Below are positions 29,995-37,450 of a stretch of 45,499 nucleotides of DNA, one piece after another. The stretch's first letter is position 1, and every line of letters begins with the position of its first letter. Source of the stretch: Candidatus Humicultor tengchongensis. GTDB lineage: Bacteria > Sysuimicrobiota > Sysuimicrobiia > Sysuimicrobiales > Humicultoraceae. The position numbers and the translations under genes are program-made. The notes under the pieces were generated by a model, which saw nothing but the letters and a program-made list of their open reading frames with translations, ran no database searches and was not told where the DNA came from. Where the stretch lies: assembly GCA_031459715.1 (NCBI GenBank), contig JAVKIA010000019.1, positions 1 through 45,499 on the forward strand, written 5' to 3'.

Positions 29995-30290
29995 AAAACA
30001 AAATGAGCCACCCGTAAGGACGGGCAGCTCCCGTGGTACCACCTTACTTCCGGGGCCCAGAGGGGCGGGGCGGAGATCGCACCGCACATCGCGTGCGGGC
30101 CCGGCCCTGCCCGGAGACCCGGAACTCTTTGCCCGCTATCGGGGGCGAGGACGGCGGAACCTAGTCCCGGGGGACGTCGGTCCCGCGGCTCGGGGACGAG
30201 TTCGTGCGGTCACCGCGGCGGCCAGCTCCCACCTGCCCTGGCTCTCTCCACGCCGCGCGCCGCCTACTGCTTCCCCTCATCGCCGATAAA
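29995..30290 (-). promoter_or_regulatory. T-box riboswitch with Leu specifier CUC and an intrinsic terminator
   Basis: Minus-strand RNA features, in order:
- GA/K-turn GCGAUGAGGGG...CCCCGAGCC.
- AGUA on the 5' side of the specifier loop.
- AG bulge GGAGAGAGCC.
- Distal loop GGUGGGAG.
- Specifier loop ACGAA-CUC-G (CUC at 30200..30198).
- T-box core AAGGUGGUACCACGG (30045..30031).
- Competing segments ACGGG / CCCGU / ACGGG, giving terminator GCCCGUCCUUACGGGU followed by GGCUCAUUUUGUUUU. Confidence 0.8.
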
Positions 30291-30319
30291 GCCATAAAGC
30301 CGGCCGGGCCGTCAAGCAC

Positions 30320-30460
30320 GAAAGCCTGAGGCGACAGATTTCACGAGGAACCTCCCCCTCAGGCTTCTGTCCTGACGGCGTAGCGGCGACCGGTGCACCG
30401 CCTGCGCCGCTTGGTCCAGACCGGTCCCGGATGGGGACCGCGGAACCCTAGGCGCACTTC
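30320..30460 (-). promoter_or_regulatory. ykkC-family (subtype-2-like; ppGpp class suspected from gene context) riboswitch aptamer plus terminator-like expression platform
   Basis: The minus-strand RNA reads GCGCCUAGGGUUCCGCGGUCCCCAUCCGGGACCGGUCUGGACCAAGCGGCGCAGG...ACGCCGUCAGGACAGAAGCCUGAGGGGGAG. AAGCCUGAGG (30366..30357) can re-pair with CCUCAGGCUU (30331..30322), which is followed by UCGUGCUU. The architecture matches the CUAGGGUUCCG...ACG-hairpin-GAG ykkC fold. Confidence 0.7.
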
Positions 30461-30498
30461 CTCGATCGACCAGCCAAACTCCTATGGACTTGCCGCAA

Positions 30499-30528
30499 AC
30501 GCTAGCAGAGCGCGGAGCTGTTTGTCAA
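30499..30528 (-). promoter_or_regulatory. Putative promoter of the ilv-leu operon leader
   Basis: Minus strand reads TTGACA-N18-TAGCGT. The -35 hexamer overlaps the gltB stop codon (30525..30527). Confidence 0.45.
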
Positions 30529-33500
30529 GCCCTGAATCCCGAAAGTTCGGAATCTGGCGAACCGGCCGCCTCCGCAGCATCCTGTCCGAGGAGGCCGCGG
30601 GGGAGGACCTTTCGGAGGCGACCGGCTGAAAAAGGCCAGGCCTGCAGCAGCTCTGCCGCCCGCCGGCTCCCGGTGTGCGCCAGATGCTCGGCGAGGAGGT
30701 CGCGCAGCTCGTGCAGATCTTTCGCTTCGACCTGCACCACCGACACCGTCTCCTGGTTGCACCGGCCGGCGAACAGGCCGTCCTCGTCCAGGACGTAGGC
30801 CCGGCCCCCGGTCATCCCCGCACCGAAGTTGTAGCCGGCGCGGCCCAGCACCACCACTACCCCTCCGGTCATGTACTCGCACCCGTGGTCGCCCACCCCT
30901 TCCACTACGGCCACCGCGCCGCTGTTGCGCACGGCGAAGCGCTCGCCGGCGCGCCCCGCGGCGAAGAACCGGCCGCCGGTGGCGCCGTAGAGGACCGTGT
31001 TGCCCGCGATCACGTTCTCGTGGGAGGCGCCGGTGAAACCACGCGGCGGGCGGATGGCGATCGTTCCCCCGCTCATCCCCTTCCCCGCATAGTCGTTGAC
31101 CTCGCCCTCCAGCTCCAGGACCATCCCCGGGACGCAGAACGCGCCGAAGCTCTGACCCGCGCTCCCGGTAAACCGGAGCACGACGCGTCCCTCCCCCAGT
31201 CCTCCCTCCCCGTACCGCCTGGCGATGGCTCCGGCCAGGCGTCCGCCCACCGTCCGGTCCATGTTGCTGATGGAGTAGGTCAGGTGCACTGGGATGCCGC
31301 GCTCCAGGGCGGGCCAGGCGTCCATCCAGACGCGGTCGTCCAGGGTGGGGCCCTCGGGCCGCTTGTTGCGCGCCTGCATGCAGCGCCGCGCCGCCTCCGG
31401 CACCCCGGCGGACCCGGCCAGGAGCGCGGAAAGGCCGATACGGCGTCCCAGGACGGACTCGTCCACCGGGGATAGCAGCTCGCTGCGCCCGATGACCTCC
31501 TCCAGGGTGCGGGCGCCCAGCGCCGCCAGGTGACGCCGCACCTCCTCGGCCACCGCAAGCAGGTATGCCTCCACCCGCTCGGGCCGTCCGCTGAACCGGC
31601 CTCGCAGGTCCTCCCGCTGCGTGGCGATGCCGGTGGGGCAGGTGTTGAGGTGGCAGGCGCGGGCCATCACGCAGCCCAGGGCGACCAGCGCCGCGGTGCC
31701 GAAGCCGAACTCGTCTGCGCCCAGCAGGGCAGCCACGACCACGTCCCGCCCCGTTTTCAGCCCCCCGTCCACGCGCAGGCGGACCCGCCCGCGCAGCCCG
31801 CTGGCCACCAGCACCTGCTGGGTCTCCGCCAACCCCAGCTCCCAGGGCAGGCCCACGTGCTTGATGGACTCCAGGGGCGAGGCCCCCGTGCCGCCGTCGT
31901 GTCCGCTGATCTGGATGGTGTCGGCAAAGGCCTTGGCCACCCCCGCGGCGATGGTGCCCACACCGGCTTCCGCCACCAGCTTCACAGCCACGCGGGCCAG
32001 AGGATGGACTCGCTTGAGGTCGTAGATGAGCTGGGCCAGGTCCTCGATGCTGTAGATGTCGTGGTGGGGCGGCGGGGAGATCAGCGTGATCCCCGGCTGC
32101 GCGCGGCGGATGGCGGCGATCTCGGCGCTGACCTTGTGGCCGGGGAGCTGGCCTCCCTCGCCCGGCTTGCTCCCCTGCGCCATCTTGATCTCCAGCTCGT
32201 CGGCCGATACCAGGTAGGCCGCAGTCACCCCGAATCGTGCCGAGGCCACCTGCTTGATCCGGCTGTTGGCGTTGGTGCCGTCGGGCCGGGGGAGGTAGCG
32301 GGAGGGATCCTCGCCCCCCTCGCCGCTGTTGGAGCGGGCCCCCAGGCGGTTGGCGGCGATGGCCAGGGCCTCATGTGCCTCCCGGGAGAGCGCCCCGTGG
32401 GACATCGCTGAGAGGACGAAGCGGCGCACGATGGCGTCGGCAGGCTCCACCTCCTCCAGAGGGACGGGCTCCCGCCGGACAAAGGCCAGCAGGTCGCGCA
32501 GGGCGGTGGGGGGGCGGGAGGCGACCAGGTCGGCGAAGGCGGTGTAGGCCTGGCCGCTGCCCGACTGGGCGGCCTGGTGCAGCCGCTTCACTACATAAGG
32601 GTTGAAGGCGTGGTATTCACCGTCGCGGCGGAAGCGGACCAGCCCCGGGTCCGCCAGCTCTCCATCTCCGGCGAAGGCGCGTGCGTGGCGGGCGGCCGCC
32701 TGGGCGGCCAATTCGTCCAGGGAGACGCCGCCCAGGTGGGCGGGCGTGCCGGGGAAGTAGCGCTCCACCACCTGAGGGTCCAGCCCCACGACCTCGAAGA
32801 CCTGCCCGCCCTGGTACCCGGCGAGGGTGCTGATTCCCATCTTGCTGGCCACCTTGAGCAACCCCTGCTCCAGAGCGCTGAGGTACTGCCGGACCGAGGG
32901 TCGGCGGCCGTTGGCGGAGGGCAGCGCGGCCACGGTCTCCAGGGCCAGGTAGGGGCAGACCGCCTCAACTCCGTAGCCCAGCAGGCAGGCTACCTGGTGG
33001 ACGGTACGCGCTTCACCGCTCTCGACCAGCAGACCCACCCGCATGCGCAGCCCCACCCGGATGAGGTGATGGTGAACGGCGCTGGCGGCCAGGAGCATGG
33101 GGATGGGGATGCGTTTTGGGTCGGCGGCGCGGTCGCTGAGGATGAGCAGACCTGCCCCTTCTGAAACTGCGGATTCCGCCTCGCCGGCCAGACGGACAAG
33201 CGCAGCCTCCAGCGAGTCGCGGTCCGCAGGCCACGTGGCGTCCAGAACCACCGCCGGCCAGGGAGCGTGGGCGCGCACCCAGCCAAGCTGGTCGGGGGTG
33301 AGCACGGGCGAGGGGAAGGCCAGCAGCGCGGCGTGTTCGGGGCCATCCTCCAGCCAGTTGCGCCGCGGGCCCACCCGGACGGCAAGCGACATCACCAGCC
33401 GCTCCCGCAGGGGGTCGATCGGCGGATTGGTCACCTGGGCGAACCGCTGGCGGAAGTAATCGTAGAGGAGCCGGGGCCGTTGAGACAGGGCAGCGGGCGG

Positions 33501-35000
33501 GGTGTCGTCACCCATGGAGAAGACGACCTCCTTGCCCTCGGTGGCCATCGGCAGGAGGAGGTAGGTCACCTCTTCAGCCGTATACCCGAACACCTGCTGG
33601 CGGCGGCGCAGCCTGGCCCCGGCTGCGCTGTCTTGGGGTGGCGCTCCTGCATCAGGAGCGAGCGCCGCCTGCTCCGGCCCCTTCGCCGGCACCGGGGGTT
33701 CCCAGTTCCCGCCCGGGACGCGGATGATCCGGCGCGTCCACTCCCGGTAGGACCTGGCCGCGGCCACCTGTGCCTTTATCTCCGCGTCCGCCAGCATCTG
33801 GCCGGTGACAGTGTCCACCGCCAGGACCTGGCCCGGCCCCAACCGCCCCTTGCGCACCACCTGATCTGCGGGAAACGGTAGGACCCCAGCCTCTGACGCC
33901 AGCACTACCAGCCCCTCTGCCGTCACGGCGTAGCGGGCGGGTCGCAGGCCGTTACGGTCGAGGGCCGCGGCCACGATGCGCCCGTCGGAGCAGGCCAGCG
34001 CCGCGGGTCCGTCCCACGGCTCGGTCAGGCAGGCGTGGTACTCGTAGAAGGCGCGCACCGCATCGGGCAGGTCCGGGAGCTCCTCCCACGCCTGCGGGAC
34101 CAGCATCAGGAGGGCATGGAGCAGAGAGCGGCCCGAGGCCACCAGCAGCTCCAGGACGCTGTCCAGGTGGGCGCTGTCGCTTCCGCCCTCCTGCAGCAGC
34201 GGGACCAGGTCCCTCCACCGGTCGGCCCAGAGGGACTCCCGCAGCATCGCTTCCCGCGCGCGGGTCCAGAGGAGGTTGCCCTGCAGGGTGTTGATCTCCC
34301 CGTTGTGCGCCAGGTAGCGAAAGGGCTGGGCCAGCCACCAGCTGGGGGAGGTGTTGGTGCTGTACCGCTGGTGGAAGACCGCCAGCCGGGTGACGTAGGC
34401 GGGGTCGGTCAGGTCGCCATAGAAGCGCCCGAGTTGGGGGGAGACGAAGAGGCCTTTGTAGACCACGGTCCGGTGCGAGAAAGAAGCGATGTAGGCTCCA
34501 AGACCGGATTCCCGCAGGCGTCGCTCTGCCGTCCTCCGGGCGAGGTAGAGGCTGCGGGTGAAGGCAGGGTCATCATCCCCCGCCCGCCGCACGACCACGA
34601 GCTGTCGGATCACCGGCTGCGTCACGCGGGCGAAGGCTCCAAGTGCGTCCGGGTCTACGGGAACGGGCCGCCAGCCCAGGACGCGCAACCCCTGAGAACA
34701 CGCGGCCTGCTCAATCAGCGCCGCAGCCTCGTCTGCGGCAGCAGATGGCAGGAACACCATGGCCAGGGCCAGGTCCTCATCGCCCACGTCCCCCAGCGGG
34801 AGGTCGCGGCGCAGCAGGTCATAGGGAAGCTGGGTGAGCACCCCCGCTCCGTCCCCCGACTTCCCGTCGGCGGAGACGGCCCCACGGTGGCTCATCCGGG
34901 AGACGGCGGAGAGCGCCGCGGCCAGCACAGCGTGGCTGGGGAAGCGGTGGGCAACGAACCCTACGCCGCAGGCGTCGTGTTCCGCGATCGGGCTGACCAC
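30525..35000 (-). CDS. gltB: Glutamate synthase large subunit (GltB / Fd-GOGAT-like single large chain)
   Basis: 1491 aa from GTG 35000 with a perfect AAGGGAGG 4 nt upstream. The N-terminus MVSPIAEHDA-CGVGFVA gives the Ntn-amidotransferase Cys1 after a short propeptide. FMN and C-terminal GXGXG domains are present. Track start 35108 lies inside the riboswitch platform and is rejected. Confidence 0.93.
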   Translation of the reverse strand: MVSPIAEHDACGVGFVAHRFPSHAVLAAALSAVSRMSHRGAVSADGKSGDGAGVLTQLPYDLLRRDLPLGDVGDEDLALAMVFLPSAAADEAAALIEQAACSQGLRVLGWRPVPVDPDALGAFARVTQPVIRQLVVVRRAGDDDPAFTRSLYLARRTAERRLRESGLGAYIASFSHRTVVYKGLFVSPQLGRFYGDLTDPAYVTRLAVFHQRYSTNTSPSWWLAQPFRYLAHNGEINTLQGNLLWTRAREAMLRESLWADRWRDLVPLLQEGGSDSAHLDSVLELLVASGRSLLHALLMLVPQAWEELPDLPDAVRAFYEYHACLTEPWDGPAALACSDGRIVAAALDRNGLRPARYAVTAEGLVVLASEAGVLPFPADQVVRKGRLGPGQVLAVDTVTGQMLADAEIKAQVAAARSYREWTRRIIRVPGGNWEPPVPAKGPEQAALAPDAGAPPQDSAAGARLRRRQQVFGYTAEEVTYLLLPMATEGKEVVFSMGDDTPPAALSQRPRLLYDYFRQRFAQVTNPPIDPLRERLVMSLAVRVGPRRNWLEDGPEHAALLAFPSPVLTPDQLGWVRAHAPWPAVVLDATWPADRDSLEAALVRLAGEAESAVSEGAGLLILSDRAADPKRIPIPMLLAASAVHHHLIRVGLRMRVGLLVESGEARTVHQVACLLGYGVEAVCPYLALETVAALPSANGRRPSVRQYLSALEQGLLKVASKMGISTLAGYQGGQVFEVVGLDPQVVERYFPGTPAHLGGVSLDELAAQAAARHARAFAGDGELADPGLVRFRRDGEYHAFNPYVVKRLHQAAQSGSGQAYTAFADLVASRPPTALRDLLAFVRREPVPLEEVEPADAIVRRFVLSAMSHGALSREAHEALAIAANRLGARSNSGEGGEDPSRYLPRPDGTNANSRIKQVASARFGVTAAYLVSADELEIKMAQGSKPGEGGQLPGHKVSAEIAAIRRAQPGITLISPPPHHDIYSIEDLAQLIYDLKRVHPLARVAVKLVAEAGVGTIAAGVAKAFADTIQISGHDGGTGASPLESIKHVGLPWELGLAETQQVLVASGLRGRVRLRVDGGLKTGRDVVVAALLGADEFGFGTAALVALGCVMARACHLNTCPTGIATQREDLRGRFSGRPERVEAYLLAVAEEVRRHLAALGARTLEEVIGRSELLSPVDESVLGRRIGLSALLAGSAGVPEAARRCMQARNKRPEGPTLDDRVWMDAWPALERGIPVHLTYSISNMDRTVGGRLAGAIARRYGEGGLGEGRVVLRFTGSAGQSFGAFCVPGMVLELEGEVNDYAGKGMSGGTIAIRPPRGFTGASHENVIAGNTVLYGATGGRFFAAGRAGERFAVRNSGAVAVVEGVGDHGCEYMTGGVVVVLGRAGYNFGAGMTGGRAYVLDEDGLFAGRCNQETVSVVQVEAKDLHELRDLLAEHLAHTGSRRAAELLQAWPFSAGRLRKVLPRGLLGQDAAEAAGSPDSELSGFRA

Positions 35001-35088
35001 TGGACCTCCCTTAGACTTCCTCAGGGCAAGCCGTCCGTCACAGGCGACTTTCAGGACAGCGCCCGCTCCAGGATCCCCTGCTATGCAC

Positions 35089-35300
35089 GAAGCCCGAGGG
35101 CGAGGCACCCACCGGACTGTGCACTCCGGCGAGTGCGAACCTCTCCCTCGGGCTTCTCTCCCGATGGTAGACCGGCCGACCCCACCCGATCCGCTCAGGA
35201 ACCAGACCGGGGAACTGTCGGTATTTCGCTGCCGGCCTGCGCCGCTTGAACCAGGCCTTCCCCTGGTGGAGGAAGCGGAACCCTAGGCGCCTCTCGCGCC
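35089..35300 (-). promoter_or_regulatory. Second ykkC-family (subtype-2-like) riboswitch with expression platform, upstream of gltB
   Basis: The minus-strand RNA reads GCGCCUAGGGUUCCGCUUCCUCCACCAGGGGAAGGCCUGGUUCAAGCGGCGCAGG...(insert of about 65 nt)...ACCAUCGGGAGAGAAGCCCGAGGGAGAG. GAAGCCCGAGGG (35156..35145) is perfectly complementary to CCCUCGGGCUUC (35100..35089). A TTGACA lies at 35350..35345, about 58 nt upstream of the aptamer. Confidence 0.7.
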
Positions 35301-35564
35301 AAGCGCGAGGAACTTGGCGCCATGGTTGCAGCCGGTCGGGATCCTGTCAAGCGGTTCGTTCGCGTAACTCGAACATTCTGGCAAGAACCCGGGGAGCGCA
35401 TGTGGCTCCCCTGACGGCTTCCGCTCCCTGCAGTGCCTGAGATCCGAGCCTGGGCCTGCGAGCGATCCCCGGGCCGGGCCGTGGACTCCCACGCTCGGTG
35501 AGGCCCTGAAAGCTCTCACTTCCGGCCGATCCTCATTCCTGGTAAGGTCAAAAGATGATCGCCC

Positions 35565-35867
35565 ATGGGGACCGAGACCACCGGCGTCAGGCTTGCCCGG
35601 CTGGAAGGCGCCTACGAGCAGATTGACAGGCGCCTGGGCACCATCGAGGGGCGCCTGGCCGTGCTGGAAGGCAAGGTGGACGCCGGGTTCGCCCGACTCG
35701 ACGCCAAGATCGGCGGGAAGATCGACGCGCTCGCCTCCGAGCTGCGGGAGGCGATCGTGCGTACCAACGCCCGGATGGATGCCCTGGGCGCCCGTCTGAA
35801 CACCGCGATGTTTGGCATCGTGGCCGCCGTCCTGGTTCCCATCCTCCTGCGCCTTTTCTGGCCCTGA
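35565..35867 (+). CDS. Small coiled-coil protein with a C-terminal transmembrane helix (hypothetical; DUF1640/XhlA-like appearance)
   Basis: 100-aa ORF with strong GC3 bias and sensible composition. It shows heptad-like repeats (RLARLEGAYEQIDRRLGTIEGRLAVLEGKVD...) and the C-terminal segment MFGIVAAVLVPILLRLFW. The ORF ends 9 nt before the stop of the convergent hom gene. Confidence 0.55.
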   Translation: MGTETTGVRLARLEGAYEQIDRRLGTIEGRLAVLEGKVDAGFARLDAKIGGKIDALASELREAIVRTNARMDALGARLNTAMFGIVAAVLVPILLRLFWP

Positions 35868-35876
35868 CAGCCGCTG

Positions 35877-37169
35877 CTACTCCACAACCCGGATGACGCT
35901 GCCCACCACCTGCACCACGTCCATAGCCCGCAGCCTCACCACCACGCGGCGCATGGCCGCCTCTTCCGCCTCGTGGGTCAGCAGGACGACGTCGGCCACC
36001 TCGCCGCGGCTCTTTTGCACGATGGAGGCGATGCTCACCTGCTCCTCGCCGAAGACTGTGGCGATCCGGGCGAAGACGCCGGGGCGATCGGTCACCTGGA
36101 GGCGCAGGTAGAAGGGGATGACCAGACGCTCCATGGGGTGCACTTCGCGGCGCACCGAAGGGGCGGAGAGGGTGCGCCCGCCGGCACCGCGGAGGCGGTT
36201 GCGCGCTGCGTCGATGATATCGCCCACCACTGCCGCCGCGGTAGGCGCACCCCCGGCACCGGGCCCACTGAAGAGCACCCGACCGCAGGCTTCCCCTTCC
36301 ACCAGCACGGCGTTGCGCTCTTCAGAAATCCCGGCCAGGAGGTGGCCGGCCGGGACGAGGGCGGGGTGGACGCGCAACTCCAGGGCGCCGTCCCGGTCGC
36401 GGGCCACGGCCAGGAGTTTGATGACGTAGCCCAGCTCCGCGGCGTGCCGGATGTCTGCGGGGGTGACCCCGCCGATCCCCTCGCGGTAGACCTGCTCCGC
36501 GGCCAGGGAGGTATTGAAAGCTACCGTAGCTAGGATGGCCAGCTTGGCCGCCGCATCATGTCCGTCCACGTCGTCGGCGGGATCCGCCTCCGCAAACCCA
36601 CGGGCCTGCGCCTCGGCCAGCGCATCGTCGAAGGTCCGCCCCTCCCGGCTCATCAGGGTGAGGATGTAGTTGGTCGTCCCGTTGAGGATGCCCTCGATCA
36701 GGCGGATCCGGTCGGCGGCCAGGGATTCGCGCAGCGGTTTGATCAGCGGGATCCCCGCACCCACACTGGCCTCGAAACAGAGGTCGACGCCTGCCGCCGC
36801 CGCAGCAGCCAGCAGCTCCGCCCCGTGCGCGGCCAGCAGTTGCTTGTTGGCAGTGACCACGGCCTTGCCCCCAGCCAGGGCGCGCAGCAGGAGCGATCGG
36901 ACCGGCTCCACCCCGCCCACCACCTCCACCACGATATCCACGGCGGGATCCTCCACCACCGTGGCCCCGTCGGTGGTCAGCAAGGATGAAGGGATGCGCA
37001 CGCGCCGCGGCCGGCCGGGACGGGCCACGGCCACGCGCCGCACCACGCAGGGCCGGCCCACCAGGCCCGCGATGTGCTCCGCCCGCTCCGCCAGGAGGCG
37101 GTAGACCTCCGCCCCCACCGTCCCCAGCCCGAGCAGGCCGACGCCGATCTCCGGAAGCCGGGATGCCAT
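35877..37169 (-). CDS. hom: Homoserine dehydrogenase with a C-terminal ACT domain
   Basis: 430 aa from ATG 37169 with GGAGGAGG upstream: GVGLLGLGTVGAEVYRLL...VVTANKQLLA...; the ACT domain reads YLRLQVTDRPGVFARIATVFGEEQVSI. The 123-codon upstream extension of the track ORF is rejected. Confidence 0.92.
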   Translation of the reverse strand: MASRLPEIGVGLLGLGTVGAEVYRLLAERAEHIAGLVGRPCVVRRVAVARPGRPRRVRIPSSLLTTDGATVVEDPAVDIVVEVVGGVEPVRSLLLRALAGGKAVVTANKQLLAAHGAELLAAAAAAGVDLCFEASVGAGIPLIKPLRESLAADRIRLIEGILNGTTNYILTLMSREGRTFDDALAEAQARGFAEADPADDVDGHDAAAKLAILATVAFNTSLAAEQVYREGIGGVTPADIRHAAELGYVIKLLAVARDRDGALELRVHPALVPAGHLLAGISEERNAVLVEGEACGRVLFSGPGAGGAPTAAAVVGDIIDAARNRLRGAGGRTLSAPSVRREVHPMERLVIPFYLRLQVTDRPGVFARIATVFGEEQVSIASIVQKSRGEVADVVLLTHEAEEAAMRRVVVRLRAMDVVQVVGSVIRVVE

Positions 37170-37245
37170 CAGGACCTCCTCCACCGCTCTGTCTCCACTC
37201 TCCGTACGTTGCCCGCCCGGACGGCAGAAGTCAACCGGATCCCTC

Positions 37246-37273
37246 TTGACAACCGCCGCGGAGGTGCTACTTT
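37246..37273 (+). promoter_or_regulatory. Putative promoter of the amt leader
   Basis: TTGACA-N16-TACTTT, followed by an unusually AT-rich stretch (TTTTTTGGGATAAATAGAG). Confidence 0.35.
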
Positions 37274-37302
37274 TTTGGGATAAATAGAGTGCAGTTGGCC
37301 TG

Positions 37303-37349
37303 AGGCCGCGACGCCTCTCAAGCGAAGGGGTCGCGGCCTTTCGCTTTTC
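37303..37349 (+). terminator. Intrinsic-terminator-like hairpin inside the amt 5' leader (candidate attenuator)
   Basis: AGGCCGCGAC-N17-GUCGCGGCCU (10-bp stem) followed by UUCGCUUUUCGG. It lies about 100 nt upstream of the amt ATG and downstream of the putative promoter. No plus-strand gene lies upstream for it to terminate. Confidence 0.5.
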
Positions 37350-37450
37350 GGTGTACCGGCGGATCAGCCACGTCCCGGCGGGCTCGGGGCAGAGAGAGGC
37401 AGCGTCCGCGGGGGCACGGGGAGCGGAGAGAGGCACAGGAGGGACGACAG

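Noticed and set aside
30156-30168. GGGACUAGGUUCC on the minus strand inside the ilvB leader, resembling the CUAGGGUUCC core of a third ykkC element
   Set aside because: There is one mismatch in the core and none of the partner motifs (no GGUCYGG..AAG, no ACG-hairpin-GAG). It lies within the stem II/III region of the T-box.
35001-35108. GTG 35108 as the gltB start (36 extra residues)
   Set aside because: The extension lies inside the riboswitch expression-platform helix. A perfect AAGGGAGG Shine-Dalgarno precedes GTG 35000, which gives the usual short propeptide before the catalytic Cys1.
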